From Nanobdellati archaeon (GTDB lineage: Archaea; EX4484-52; GLR71): a stretch of DNA of 64,000 nucleotides. The stretch's first letter is position 1. Each line of letters begins with the position of its first letter. A program made the translations under genes and the position numbers. Of the stretch, positions 10,785 to 20,506 are shown piece after piece. The notes below the pieces were generated by a model. It did not search any database, had not been told where the DNA came from, and worked only from the letters and a program-made list of their open reading frames with translations. Location of the stretch: assembly GCA_019429125.1 (NCBI GenBank), contig JAHYJO010000002.1:2695-66694 (forward strand), given 5' to 3'.

Positions 10785-11744
10785 CTATATTAATGTTGTT
10801 GCAAGTAAATTAAATATGTAGCCTGTAAGGATTATTGATATAGTCACGATTGCAAAGAATACTGCAATAAGTGGTAGTTTCATCGCGCGCCTTAATATTA
10901 TTGCTTCAGGGATGCTTAAGGCGGCAGTTCCCATCATGAATGCTAGTGCTGTGCCTAGCGGGAATCCTTTTTCAAAGAGGACTAATGCGATTGGTACGAC
11001 GGCTGCGCAGTTTGCATATAATGGTACACCTATTAATGTTGCAAGAGGTACTGTGAATATGCCACCTTTCTCTATTAAGCCTATAATTGCTTCTTGAGGT
11101 ATGTAGCCATGGAGGAGTGCGCCTATCCCTATACCTACAAGGACCCATATCCAGATGCTTTTTGTGATTGCAGTTGCTTCAGTTAATCCGGTTTTTATTC
11201 TTTCATTTTGTGTGTGGTATATCTTCTCTGAATTTTTGATATCTGTGTCTATCATATCTTGTACTATGTGTTTTTCTAGATTTAGTTTTCCTATTACTAT
11301 GCCTGAGAATACGCCTATCAATATCCCGCTCATTATGTATAGGGCTGTTATCTTCCAGCCGAAGAAGCCGAGCATTATGATTGCGACGTATTCGTTCACT
11401 AATGGGGATGTTACAAGAAATGAGAAACTTATACCTATTGGGATTTTTGCTTTCATAAATGATAAGAATACAGGTATTGATGAACATGAACAAAATGGCG
11501 TGATTGCACCCATTACTGCAGCAGTTAGGTTTCCTATACCTTGTCTTTTTCCTGAAAGCATCTGTTTTATCTTCTGCTCGGATATGTATGTCCTTAAGTA
11601 TCCTACAATTGCAATCATCACGAAAAGAAGGAATAATATCTTTATTGAGTCATATATGAAAAATTCTAAAGCTAATGCAAGTTTTGTGCCTTCTTCAACT
11701 TTTAAGAGGGATAGGATTATCCAACTTGCAAATTCTTCTAGCAT
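10785..11744 (-). CDS. ArsP-like permease (COG0701/DUF318 family)
   Basis: Polytopic membrane protein carrying the hallmark TPFCSCSSIP motif of ArsP-type permeases. Confidence 0.7.
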   Translation of the reverse strand: MLEEFASWIILSLLKVEEGTKLALALEFFIYDSIKILFLLFVMIAIVGYLRTYISEQKIKQMLSGKRQGIGNLTAAVMGAITPFCSCSSIPVFLSFMKAKIPIGISFSFLVTSPLVNEYVAIIMLGFFGWKITALYIMSGILIGVFSGIVIGKLNLEKHIVQDMIDTDIKNSEKIYHTQNERIKTGLTEATAITKSIWIWVLVGIGIGALLHGYIPQEAIIGLIEKGGIFTVPLATLIGVPLYANCAAVVPIALVLFEKGFPLGTALAFMMGTAALSIPEAIILRRAMKLPLIAVFFAIVTISIILTGYIFNLLATTLI

Positions 11745-11765
11745 ATAAAATCTAAACTCTTAGTT

Positions 11766-11894
11766 TTAACAACAAGAACAGGATGAACTAGAACTACAAC
11801 ATTTATCTTTTGACTTTTTTTCAAGTTTCTTGTCGATTTTTTCGGCGAGTTTGGATAATATGCCAGTCTTTTTTTCTTTTTTACATTCAGTCAT
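11766..11894 (-). CDS. small Lys-rich peptide with a C-terminal CCSSSSSCSCC tail (42 aa)
   Basis: I translated it by hand as MTECKKEKKTGILSKLAEKIDKKLEKKSKDKCCSSSSSCSCC. It ends 22 nt upstream of the permease start on the same strand. It is below the ORF-track size cut-off. Confidence 0.4.
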   Translation of the reverse strand: MTECKKEKKTGILSKLAEKIDKKLEKKSKDKCCSSSSSCSCC

Positions 11895-12210
11895 TTGTAT
11901 CACATCTTTTATTTTTGCGTATTAAGTATTTATTGTTATTGGTGGGGGTGGCACTATATATAGGTGTATGGTTTTGATTGGTATTATTTAGTTTTATTCT
12001 GATTATAGGAGTATTATATGCAATCTATGATTTATTATGTTTCAGATAATATCTATGTTTATTAGGATTTTTGATAATCTATAATTTTTTATGCAATTTT
12101 TAGGATATAATGATTTTCTGTGAATTTTTGTAATTATTAAAGTAACTAAAGTAAATATTGTCTATATATTTTGTCTATATATATTTTGTATATATACATT
12201 TCATACTTTT

Positions 12211-12374
12211 GGTACAGTTCATTTTTTGAGTGATTTCAAACAGAATGTAGTTAATTAAATACCTTTATTTCTTTTGTAATTCGACGTGAAATGTGTATAT
12301 TAAATGGATCTCTGCAGGAGTTTATAAACAATATTTAAAAAATATTCAAAATCACTAACTTTTTGGACAGTACC
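12211..12374 (+). mobile_element. MITE-like element, copy A (~164 bp, imperfect terminal inverted repeats)
   Basis: Near-identical to 50651-50818 and, in inverted orientation, to 55860-56033. Ends are GGTACAGTTC...GGACAGTACC. It is flanked by a direct CATACTTTT on both sides. Confidence 0.7.
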
Positions 12375-12503
12375 ATACTTTTTAAGTAGTATAAGCTATA
12401 ATGAGTAATAATTGATTATTTTGTAATGGTAATTAGGTCTGTTTTTGTTTGTTTGTATTGATTAATTTTGGACAAGTTTTATTGATTTTTGGTGTTCTTA
12501 TAC

Positions 12504-12518
12504 AAACATTTATAAAGG
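12504..12518 (+). promoter_or_regulatory. candidate archaeal BRE/TATA box (AAACATTTATAAAGG) upstream of the L3 operon
   Basis: Matches the A-rich BRE plus TTTATAAA consensus, ~150 nt upstream of the L3 start. Confidence 0.3.
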
Positions 12519-12667
12519 TTTTGATAAAAAAGTATTTTGTTCATTATTGGCTTGAAAACCTCCTGCTAATGTATTACAAATATGTACTGCACAGAGTTCT
12601 TTCATAATCTAAAATGTGACACAAAAATCGATTTGTTTTTAAAGCTATCGAGTTAAAGGTAATATCT

Positions 12668-13651
12668 ATGGGAAGAATACATCATCCAAGAAGAGGATCA
12701 CTTGCATTTAGACCTAAAACTAGAGCTAAAAGAATTTATCCTAGAATGGCCACTCTTCCAGTAACTTCAGATATTAAAATACAAGAGTTTGCAGGGTACA
12801 AGGTCGGTATGACTCATGTGATGATGGTTGATAATCGTAAAGGGTCAGTAACATACAATCAGGAATTGGCCGTGCCTGTAACTGTCATAGAATGTCCTAA
12901 ACTTAAAGTTTTGGGTATGAGGACATATTCAAAAGAACATTATGGTATTAAAGTAATTTCAGAATCTTGGACTGTCGATAAAGATGCTGAAGATTTAAAA
13001 AGAGCAGGTGTTCATGTTGTGAACGTCAAATCAAAAGATCTTAAGAATGATATTGATACGATTGCTGAAGTACGTCTTATGGTATCTACTCGACCAACAG
13101 AGACTGGTGTTTCTAAAAAGACTCCTGAAGTTTTTGAAGTGACTGTTTCAGGAAATGATGTTAATGAAAAACTTAAGCTTGCAGAAGACAAGCTTGGAAA
13201 ATATATTAATGTTTCAGAGATATTTAAACCTGGCGAAGTCATTGATGTTCGCGGAGTCACAAAAGGTAAAGGTTTTTCTGGACAAGTAAAAAGATATGGT
13301 GTTAAGCTTCTTGCAAAAAAATCAGAGAAGGTAAAGCGAAAACCTGGTAATCTTGGACCTTTTCACCCACATACGACCAGTTGGACTGTCGCACAGGCAG
13401 GAAATCTTGGATTCAATAACCGAACTGAACTTAATAAGATGATTGTTAAGATTGGTACTGGTGACTTGAAAATAAAAGGTGGTTGGTTGAATTACGGTCT
13501 TGTCAAATCGGATTATATTATGCTAAAAGGTTCTATACCCGGACCTTGCAAAAGATTGATAAGATTTAGAGCACCCATAAGGCCTACGAAATACAAGTAT
13601 GATGAACCACAGATTAATTATGTGTCTCTAGAGAGCAAACAAGGTGTATAA
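12668..13651 (+). CDS. rpl3: 50S ribosomal protein L3 (uL3)
   Basis: MGRIHHPRRGSLAFRPK N-terminus, length and operon position. Confidence 0.95.
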   Translation: MGRIHHPRRGSLAFRPKTRAKRIYPRMATLPVTSDIKIQEFAGYKVGMTHVMMVDNRKGSVTYNQELAVPVTVIECPKLKVLGMRTYSKEHYGIKVISESWTVDKDAEDLKRAGVHVVNVKSKDLKNDIDTIAEVRLMVSTRPTETGVSKKTPEVFEVTVSGNDVNEKLKLAEDKLGKYINVSEIFKPGEVIDVRGVTKGKGFSGQVKRYGVKLLAKKSEKVKRKPGNLGPFHPHTTSWTVAQAGNLGFNNRTELNKMIVKIGTGDLKIKGGWLNYGLVKSDYIMLKGSIPGPCKRLIRFRAPIRPTKYKYDEPQINYVSLESKQGV

Positions 13652-13653
13652 AC

Positions 13654-14460
13654 ATGAAAACTAATATAATCTCTATTGATGGTAAAAAAAGTTCACAAAT
13701 AGATTTGCCTCTGCAATTTTTGGAAGCTTACCGACCTGATTTAATAAAAAGGGCTGTGGTTGTAGCACAAAGCAAAGATAGGCAATCATATGGTGCTGAT
13801 CCTAGGGCAGGTCTTAAGACGTCTGCACATCATATGGCTAGACGAGCTTGCTATGGTAGTCTTGCAAATAGGGGTATTGCTAGGATGAAGCGTATCACAA
13901 TTGGAACTGGTCCTTTATCTGGTACAGGTCGTGTGGCGCCTCATGCGATTAAAGGTAGGAAAGCACATGCTCCTAAAAGTGAAAAGATTTATAAAACTGA
14001 TATTAATACTACTGAGAGGCGTTTCGCAATCAGGAGTGCAATCGCTGCAACTGCTGTCAAAGATATAGTTTCGGATCGTGGTCATAAAACTGATGGCGTA
14101 ATTGAATTTCCTATAATTTGTGAGGATGCGCTCGAAAGTGTGACAAAGACTCAGGATGCTTTTAAAATTTTAAAAGCTATTGGTCTCTCTGCAGATCTTG
14201 AGCGTTCATCTGAACGAAAAATTCGTGCTGGTCGCGGTACTATGCGGGGTAGGAATTATCGTATTAAAAAAGGTCCATTGATAGTTGTTGGAACTAATAA
14301 AGGTATAAATAATGCTGCTTCAAATATTGTAGGTGTTGATGTTATTGAGGTTCGAAATCTTAGTGCTGAACTGCTTGCACCGGGTACTCATCCTGGTAGA
14401 CTTACAGTATGGACAAAATCTGCAATAGATATGCTTGAAAAAGATAAATTATTTATGTGA
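13654..14460 (+). CDS. rpl4: 50S ribosomal protein L4 (uL4)
   Basis: Position after L3 and L4-like sequence. Confidence 0.9.
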   Translation: MKTNIISIDGKKSSQIDLPLQFLEAYRPDLIKRAVVVAQSKDRQSYGADPRAGLKTSAHHMARRACYGSLANRGIARMKRITIGTGPLSGTGRVAPHAIKGRKAHAPKSEKIYKTDINTTERRFAIRSAIAATAVKDIVSDRGHKTDGVIEFPIICEDALESVTKTQDAFKILKAIGLSADLERSSERKIRAGRGTMRGRNYRIKKGPLIVVGTNKGINNAASNIVGVDVIEVRNLSAELLAPGTHPGRLTVWTKSAIDMLEKDKLFM

Positions 14461-14465
14461 TATTT

Positions 14466-14723
14466 ATGAAAATACAGATACTTAAACACACACATTTGAC
14501 TGAGAAAGCTATGAATAATGTTGAAAGTTTGAATGAGCTTGTGTTTGTGGCTGACATCAGGTCATCAAAACCTGAGATAAAGAAAGCTATTCAAGATCAA
14601 TATAAAGTAAAGATTGTAAGGATTAACACCTTGATTGATCAGAAGAAAAGGAAAAAAGTAACAGTTAGATTATCTGAAGAAACACCTGCAATTGATATTG
14701 CAACTCGTCTTGGGATGATATAA
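14466..14723 (+). CDS. rpl23: 50S ribosomal protein L23 (uL23)
   Basis: Position and size. TGTGATATTT SD-like motif precedes the ATG at 14466. Confidence 0.85.
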   Translation: MKIQILKHTHLTEKAMNNVESLNELVFVADIRSSKPEIKKAIQDQYKVKIVRINTLIDQKKRKKVTVRLSEETPAIDIATRLGMI

Positions 14724-14724
14724 T

Positions 14725-15432
14725 ATGGGTAAACGAATAATCTCGCAGCGTAGGGGGCGTGGAAGTCCAACATACAGAGCTAATAGCCATAAGTATCTTC
14801 CTGCTGCAAAATATAGTTCAAAGGATAAAACAATATCCGTTAATGGTGTTGTTATTGACATTAAACATGATGTTGGTAAAAATGCACCTGTTGCTCTTGT
14901 TAAATTTGAGAATAATGATACACAACATATGATTGCCTCTGAAGGTATTTCGGTAGGTAAAGGTGTATGTATTGGTGTAGGTTCAAATTTTGATTATGGG
15001 AACGTTCTTCCTGTTGGAGATATCCCTGAAGGTACTCCTATATTTAATATTGAAAATGTTCCAGGTGATGGTGGTAAGTTTGTCAGGTCCTCTGGTATGT
15101 CAGCAATAGTCTCATCACATAGTGGAACTACTACTGTTGTAAAACTTCCTTCAAAATCATTTAAGACATTTAATTCATTTTGTCGAGCAACTATTGGCGT
15201 TGTGGCTGGTGGTGAAAGGAAAATGAAACCTTTCGCTAAAGCTGGAAATAAGTTTCATAACCGAAAAGCTCGTGGTAAATTATATCCTACTGTAAGTAAG
15301 ACTGCTATGAATGCTGTAGACCATAAGTTCGGTGGGGATAATAAAGGTGTATGTACAACAACAAGTAGAAATGCACCTCCTGGAGCTAAAGTTGGTTCAA
15401 TTGCTGCTAGAAGAACAGGAAAAAAGAGATAA
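14725..15432 (+). CDS. rpl2: 50S ribosomal protein L2 (uL2)
   Basis: MGKRIISQRRGRGS N-terminus and the GxxxxVKLPSG-type region. Confidence 0.95.
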   Translation: MGKRIISQRRGRGSPTYRANSHKYLPAAKYSSKDKTISVNGVVIDIKHDVGKNAPVALVKFENNDTQHMIASEGISVGKGVCIGVGSNFDYGNVLPVGDIPEGTPIFNIENVPGDGGKFVRSSGMSAIVSSHSGTTTVVKLPSKSFKTFNSFCRATIGVVAGGERKMKPFAKAGNKFHNRKARGKLYPTVSKTAMNAVDHKFGGDNKGVCTTTSRNAPPGAKVGSIAARRTGKKR

Positions 15433-15452
15433 TGTAATTTGAAGTGATTGTT

Positions 15453-15866
15453 ATGGTTAATGAGATCAAAACTGATAAGTTCGGAAAGAAAATATTTACT
15501 TTTCGGGGAAAAACTATTGAAGAAGTTAAAGCTTTGCCTATAGATGAATTTATGGGCCTTATAAAAAGCAGAGGTCGAAGACATATTATAAGAGGTTTTA
15601 CAGTTCTTGAAAAGAATCTTATTGAAAATATCAGTAACAATCCTGATAAATTTGTTAAGACTCATGCACGTGATATGATTGTATTGCCTGATTTTGTAGG
15701 TAAGAAAATTGGTATACATAATGGTAAAGATTTCGTCTCTGTCGATATAAAGGAAGAGATGTTAGGTCACAGGCTTGGGGAATTTGCACAGACTCGAAGA
15801 TCACTTAAACACAGTGGTGTTGGTGTTGGGGCAACAAAATCCAGTAAATTTGTAGCACTTAAATAG
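15453..15866 (+). CDS. rps19: 30S ribosomal protein S19 (uS19)
   Basis: Operon position; GKEF..V.I-like motif. Confidence 0.85.
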   Translation: MVNEIKTDKFGKKIFTFRGKTIEEVKALPIDEFMGLIKSRGRRHIIRGFTVLEKNLIENISNNPDKFVKTHARDMIVLPDFVGKKIGIHNGKDFVSVDIKEEMLGHRLGEFAQTRRSLKHSGVGVGATKSSKFVALK

Positions 15867-15898
15867 ATGTTAAAAACAAATGATCAATGTGATATTTT

Positions 15899-16489
15899 AT
15901 GACTAATATAAATCACCCTTACAAAATGAATGACACAAAAGTTGCTCATAGCGGTGCAACTAATCTTAGGGTTTCTACCAAGAACTCAGTAGAGATAAGT
16001 AGGTTCATAAAAGGTCTTGGTGTTGACAATGCAATGGATTATTTAGCTGCAGTAGTCACAAAAAAGAAAGCAGTCCCTTATAAAAGGTTTATCAGGGATC
16101 AGGCACATCGAAAAGGTGGTATGGGTCCAGGAAGATATCCGGTAAATGCGGCAATTGAGTTTTTAAAACTGTTAAAGAATGCAAAAAATAATGCTGAAGT
16201 TAAAGGTCTTGATGTTAAATATCTTGTTGTAGATAATGCACAGGCAAATATCGGCAATTCACGTTTTTATAGGGGTGCAAGATCGTTTGGTCGAAGATAT
16301 GCAAAGAGCACAAACGTATCAATAACCGTTAAAGAGAAAAAAGTAAAAGCTGTAAAACTTGCAGTTATTAAAAAAACAGCAGTAAATGTTGCAAAACCCA
16401 AAGTTGTGCCTAAAGTTGGGGTTGGAACTGAAAAAGTAGATGTGAAAAAAGACATTAAAGATGATGTCAAAGAAGAAATTAAGAAATAA
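15899..16489 (+). CDS. rpl22: 50S ribosomal protein L22 (uL22) with a Lys-rich C-terminal tail
   Basis: Operon position and archaeal L22 core. The tail is KPKVVPKVGVGTEKVDVKKD. Confidence 0.85.
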   Translation: MTNINHPYKMNDTKVAHSGATNLRVSTKNSVEISRFIKGLGVDNAMDYLAAVVTKKKAVPYKRFIRDQAHRKGGMGPGRYPVNAAIEFLKLLKNAKNNAEVKGLDVKYLVVDNAQANIGNSRFYRGARSFGRRYAKSTNVSITVKEKKVKAVKLAVIKKTAVNVAKPKVVPKVGVGTEKVDVKKDIKDDVKEEIKK

Positions 16490-17499
16490 TGCTTAATGAG
16501 GCCAGATTGCATATGATTGAAAGAAAATTTATAGAGGATCACATAAAATCACTAGAGATTGAGGAGTATCTTGCAAAGGTTCTTGAAAAAGCTGATTACA
16601 GTCATACTGATATACAGATTACACCTTTGTCTACAAGATTAGTGGTACATGTGGGTCGTCCTGGCATTGCAATCGGTCGTGCTGGTAAGAATATTGAAAT
16701 GATAACTAGTATGCTTTCAGAAAAATTTGGGGTAAAGAACCCTCAATTAGATATACAGTCAATTGAAAGTCCTGACCTTGATGCAACTTATGTTGCTCAT
16801 CAGATATCATCTGCGATTGAAAGGTATGTAAAACCGAATAGAATTACAAGCATATATCTTCGAAACATAATGCGAGCGGGTGCTTATGGTGCTGAGATAC
16901 AAATAAGTGGTAAAATTTCAGGTGGTCGTGGTAGGACTGATAAGAAACAAGTAGGCTATATTAAAAAATCAGGAGAATTTGCAGTTGATAATGTTGATCA
17001 TGGTTTTTCTACTGCAAAAATGAAACCGGGTGTACTTGGAATTAAAGTTATGATAATGAAAGCTCTTCCAGAGTGTATGCTTATTGAGAAGAAGATAAAA
17101 GAGTATGGTCTTGCTGAAATTAAAGAAGTCGCAGATAAAAAAGCAGCAGATAAAAAAGCTAAAGAACCTAAAGCTGACGTTAATGCAGATGTAAAAGAGA
17201 CTGAAAAAGATGATGTTGTTAAAGAAGTAAAGAAAGATGAGAAAAAAGAAGATAAGAAAGATAAGAAAAAAGCAGTTGTTAAAAAAGAAAAAGAAACAAA
17301 AACTGTAGCTGTTGCAAAATCTAAAAAAGAAATAGTACGAAAAGAAGAAAAAGCAACATTTGTGGTACCTACAGTCAAAAAAGAGACAACTAAGAAAGAA
17401 GTTAAGAAAGAAGATGTTGTAGATAAAAAAGTTGCAGGTAAAGTGGAATCAATAAAAAAAGAAGATACTAAAATTGTTGCTAAAGAAGAAAAGAAATAA
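16489..17499 (+). CDS. rps3: 30S ribosomal protein S3 (uS3) with a ~125-aa Lys/Glu-rich C-terminal extension
   Basis: KH-domain motif GRPGIAIGRAGKNIE, followed by a low-complexity K-rich tail. Confidence 0.9.
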   Translation: MLNEARLHMIERKFIEDHIKSLEIEEYLAKVLEKADYSHTDIQITPLSTRLVVHVGRPGIAIGRAGKNIEMITSMLSEKFGVKNPQLDIQSIESPDLDATYVAHQISSAIERYVKPNRITSIYLRNIMRAGAYGAEIQISGKISGGRGRTDKKQVGYIKKSGEFAVDNVDHGFSTAKMKPGVLGIKVMIMKALPECMLIEKKIKEYGLAEIKEVADKKAADKKAKEPKADVNADVKETEKDDVVKEVKKDEKKEDKKDKKKAVVKKEKETKTVAVAKSKKEIVRKEEKATFVVPTVKKETTKKEVKKEDVVDKKVAGKVESIKKEDTKIVAKEEKK

Positions 17500-17520
17500 G
17501 ATTAAATAAATGTGATATTT

Positions 17521-17715
17521 ATGGCTATACTTCGTCCAAAACAGATAAGAGATATGAACGCTGAAGACAGAAACAAAAAGATTGATGAATTAAAACTTGA
17601 GCTTTTCAAAGAAAAAGGTAAGATTGACGTTGGCGGAGTTTCAGATAATCCTGGCAGAATCAGTGAAATCAAAAGGACGATTGCACGGATACTGACTATT
17701 CAAAAGGAGATGTAA
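17521..17715 (+). CDS. rpl29: 50S ribosomal protein L29 (uL29)
   Basis: ~65-aa helical protein at the expected operon position. ATG 9 nt after GTGATA. Confidence 0.8.
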   Translation: MAILRPKQIRDMNAEDRNKKIDELKLELFKEKGKIDVGGVSDNPGRISEIKRTIARILTIQKEM

Positions 17716-17723
17716 ATACTAAG

Positions 17724-18032
17724 ATGCAGGATATATGCAATAAGTGTGGTCTTCCAAAAGATCTTTGTGTTTGTGAGACTATATCCAAAGAAGCACAGCA
17801 GATTGAAATTACTTATTTAAGAAAACGTTTTAGAAAGTTTTCTACAATGGTAAAAGGTCTTGACCCAAAGTCAACAAATATCAAAGAAATAACAACGACT
17901 TTAAAAGGGAAGCTCGCTTGTGGTGGAACATCAAAAAATGGTTTGATTGAGTTACAAGGGAAACATGCTGAAGAAGTAAAAAAATTGCTTATTGAAATGG
18001 GTTTTAGTGAAGAATCAATAACTATATCATAA
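17724..18032 (+). CDS. translation initiation factor SUI1 (aSUI1/eIF1)
   Basis: CxxC N-terminus, the GGTSKNGLIELQG block, and the expected archaeal position between L29 and Rpp29. Confidence 0.8.
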   Translation: MQDICNKCGLPKDLCVCETISKEAQQIEITYLRKRFRKFSTMVKGLDPKSTNIKEITTTLKGKLACGGTSKNGLIELQGKHAEEVKKLLIEMGFSEESITIS

Positions 18033-18042
18033 GGATGTTTTC

Positions 18043-18327
18043 ATGATAAATCCACAGAATCTCATAAGGCATGAACTTGTTGGTCTTAATGCAACGGTTT
18101 CGGAATATGATGATACAAAATTTATCGGTATTTCGGGATGTATAATTGATGAGACTAAGGACATGATACTTATGATGTCTGGCCAAAAAAGGATTTGGCT
18201 TGTAAAAGATAAAGTGACATTGGATATAACAATTCCTTCGGGAGATGTTGTTCGAGTGTTGGGGGAACGTATTTCCGGACGACCTGAAGATCGTATCCGA
18301 AAAAAAACTCCGTCAAAATGGAAATAA
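18043..18327 (+). CDS. RNase P protein component 1 (Rpp29/Pop4-like)
   Basis: Size (94 aa) and the conserved archaeal placement between SUI1 and S17. Confidence 0.6.
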   Translation: MINPQNLIRHELVGLNATVSEYDDTKFIGISGCIIDETKDMILMMSGQKRIWLVKDKVTLDITIPSGDVVRVLGERISGRPEDRIRKKTPSKWK

Positions 18328-18368
18328 TATTTAATAATTGTTTAAAAATAATAAAAAGGATTGATATA

Positions 18369-18704
18369 ATGGCAAAAAATGCTGTAAAAAACATAGGAAT
18401 CCCGACCAAAACTGTTCCTACTGAGGTATGTACGGATAATACATGTCCATTTCATGGTACACTTAAAGTAAGGGGTAAAATATATCAAGGAACTATTGTT
18501 TCAGTAAGTATGGATAATTCTGTGGTTGTTGAATGGGATTATACTTATTTTATTCCTAAGTTTGAACGTTATGAAAAAAGAAAAACAAAGGTTGTTGTTC
18601 ATAAACCATCATGTTTCCATGTCAAGAAAGGAGATATTGTCCGTATTGGTGAGTGCAGACCTATAAGTAAAACAAAAAAGTTTGTGATAATAGAAAAACT
18701 TTAA
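18369..18704 (+). CDS. rps17: 30S ribosomal protein S17 (uS17)
   Basis: C..CPFHG motif and OB-fold-like sequence. Start refined to the ATG at 18369. Confidence 0.85.
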   Translation: MAKNAVKNIGIPTKTVPTEVCTDNTCPFHGTLKVRGKIYQGTIVSVSMDNSVVVEWDYTYFIPKFERYEKRKTKVVVHKPSCFHVKKGDIVRIGECRPISKTKKFVIIEKL

Positions 18705-18733
18705 AAAAGTAATAAAAATTATGGTGATGATTT

Positions 18734-19132
18734 ATGAAAGCTATGAGTATCAATTCAACAAAAGGTATACAAACTGGAAGTATTATTAGATGTATTGATA
18801 ATACTGGTGCAAAGAAGTTGGAAGTCATAGCTGTTAAAGGTTATAAAGGTATTAGAAAACGACATCCATCTGCTGGTATTGGGGGGGTTGTTACTTGTGC
18901 TGTTAAAACGGGTAATCAGAAAATAAAACATGAGGTTGTAAAAGCTGTCATTGTAACTCAGACAAAGGAATTTAAACGAGCAAATGGTGTCAGGATTAAA
19001 TTTCAAGAGAATACTGCAGTTCTAATTCAGGATAATAATGAACCTAGAGGGAAGCAGATTAAAGGTATTATCGCAAAAGAAGTTGTGGAAAGATTTCCAA
19101 TGATTGGAAAGATTGCAGCAACAATAGTATGA
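18734..19132 (+). CDS. rpl14: 50S ribosomal protein L14 (uL14)
   Basis: Highly conserved core: CIDNTGAK...V..GVRIKF. Confidence 0.95.
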   Translation: MKAMSINSTKGIQTGSIIRCIDNTGAKKLEVIAVKGYKGIRKRHPSAGIGGVVTCAVKTGNQKIKHEVVKAVIVTQTKEFKRANGVRIKFQENTAVLIQDNNEPRGKQIKGIIAKEVVERFPMIGKIAATIV

Positions 19133-19144
19133 TGGTGACGTAAT

Positions 19145-19735
19145 ATGAAAATTGGTAAATGGTCTGTAAAATGGAAAGGTTCAAAGGAAAGTGCAAAACA
19201 GAGAAAATATCTTTATAATGCTCCACTTCATATTAAACGAAAATTCATATCGGCAAACCTTTCAAAGACATTGAAACAGAAAGTTGGCAAATCGTCATTA
19301 CCTGTCAGACTTGGTGATGAGGTCATAATCAAGAGGGGTTCACATAAAGGTTCAACTGCTGAGATTGTTGCAGTTTTTATAAAGAAAGGATATGTTCATA
19401 TTAAAGGGATTACAACTAGAAAGACAGATGGTACTGAAGTTTTGCTTCCTATAAATCCATCAAATCTTCAGATAATATCTTTGAATCTTGATGATGCAAA
19501 GCGTATTGGAACTGTAAAATCTGATAGTTCTAAAAAAGTTAAAGATCCAAAAGTTAAAAAAGAGACAGTAAAAAAAGAGGTTAAGCCTGTATCAAAAACA
19601 GTAGTTGATGCAAAATTAGTTAAAGTAAAATCCAAAGTAAAAAAGACTGCAACTAAAACTGCAGATTATGTAACTAAACAGGCGGATACTGTAAAGACTG
19701 TTAAACCTGTAGAAAAAAATAAAATTGTAAAATAA
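19145..19735 (+). CDS. rpl24: 50S ribosomal protein L24 (uL24) with a ~75-aa Lys-rich C-terminal extension
   Basis: KOW motif (GDEVIIKRGSHKG), then a KVKDPKVKKETVKKEVKP... tail. Confidence 0.85.
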   Translation: MKIGKWSVKWKGSKESAKQRKYLYNAPLHIKRKFISANLSKTLKQKVGKSSLPVRLGDEVIIKRGSHKGSTAEIVAVFIKKGYVHIKGITTRKTDGTEVLLPINPSNLQIISLNLDDAKRIGTVKSDSSKKVKDPKVKKETVKKEVKPVSKTVVDAKLVKVKSKVKKTATKTADYVTKQADTVKTVKPVEKNKIVK

Positions 19736-19775
19736 TAAAAGATTAAAAATAATATTTATGGAATGAGTGATTGTA

Positions 19776-20477
19776 ATGCATTTAAAGAGACTTCGAGCAT
19801 CAAAAAATTATCATATGCCAAAGAAGACTGCTAAGTTTGCAGTTTTGCCTAATTCGGGACCTCATGCTAAAGATGAGTGTATACCTGTAGGTGTACTTCT
19901 TAGGGATATATTAATGTTTGCAAAAACAATTGCCGAAGCAAAAACAATATTAAATGATAGTCAGTTTTTAGTTGATGGTAAAATCATAAAAGGTTATAAA
20001 CATCCGGTTGGTTTTATGGATGTTGTAGCATTACCAAAAATTAATAAATATTATAGGATACTATTAAAAACAGGAAAATTAATGCCTGTTGAGATTGAAA
20101 GTAAAGAAGCATCTTTTAAACTTGGAAAAATAATTTCCAAAAATGTGTTACATGGTGGGAAAATACAGTTTGGTCTTCACGATGGTCGAACTTTTGCCAT
20201 GGATGTTAAAAAAGCAACATATAAAGTTGGCGATACTGTACAGATTACAGTACCTGGTCAAGAAGTGAAATCACATCAATCTTTAGATGTTGGCAATCTT
20301 GTGATGATTACTGGTGGTAAAAATATAGGTACTATTGGAAAAATCAAGATGATTGAAATCGTTGAGAGTCCTGAACCAAATATGGTGCTTGTTGATGTGG
20401 ATGGTACTGAAATTAGGACGTTAAAAAAGTATATCTTTGTTATAGGAACAAAAGAGTCCCTTATTAAACTGGAATAA
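19776..20477 (+). CDS. rps4e: 30S ribosomal protein S4e
   Basis: Operon position, size, and S4e-like N-terminus HLKRLRASK. Confidence 0.85.
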   Translation: MHLKRLRASKNYHMPKKTAKFAVLPNSGPHAKDECIPVGVLLRDILMFAKTIAEAKTILNDSQFLVDGKIIKGYKHPVGFMDVVALPKINKYYRILLKTGKLMPVEIESKEASFKLGKIISKNVLHGGKIQFGLHDGRTFAMDVKKATYKVGDTVQITVPGQEVKSHQSLDVGNLVMITGGKNIGTIGKIKMIEIVESPEPNMVLVDVDGTEIRTLKKYIFVIGTKESLIKLE

Positions 20478-20506
20478 ATTATGGAGTATAGTGGTTTGTG
20501 ATTATT

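Noticed and set aside
11155-11748. 197-aa plus-strand ORF
   Set aside because: It is antisense to the ArsP-like permease, which has the strong TPFCSCS family motif; the plus ORF has none.
16998-17378. 126-aa minus-strand ORF
   Set aside because: It is antisense to the Lys-rich tail of S3; the low-complexity sequence generates open frames on both strands.
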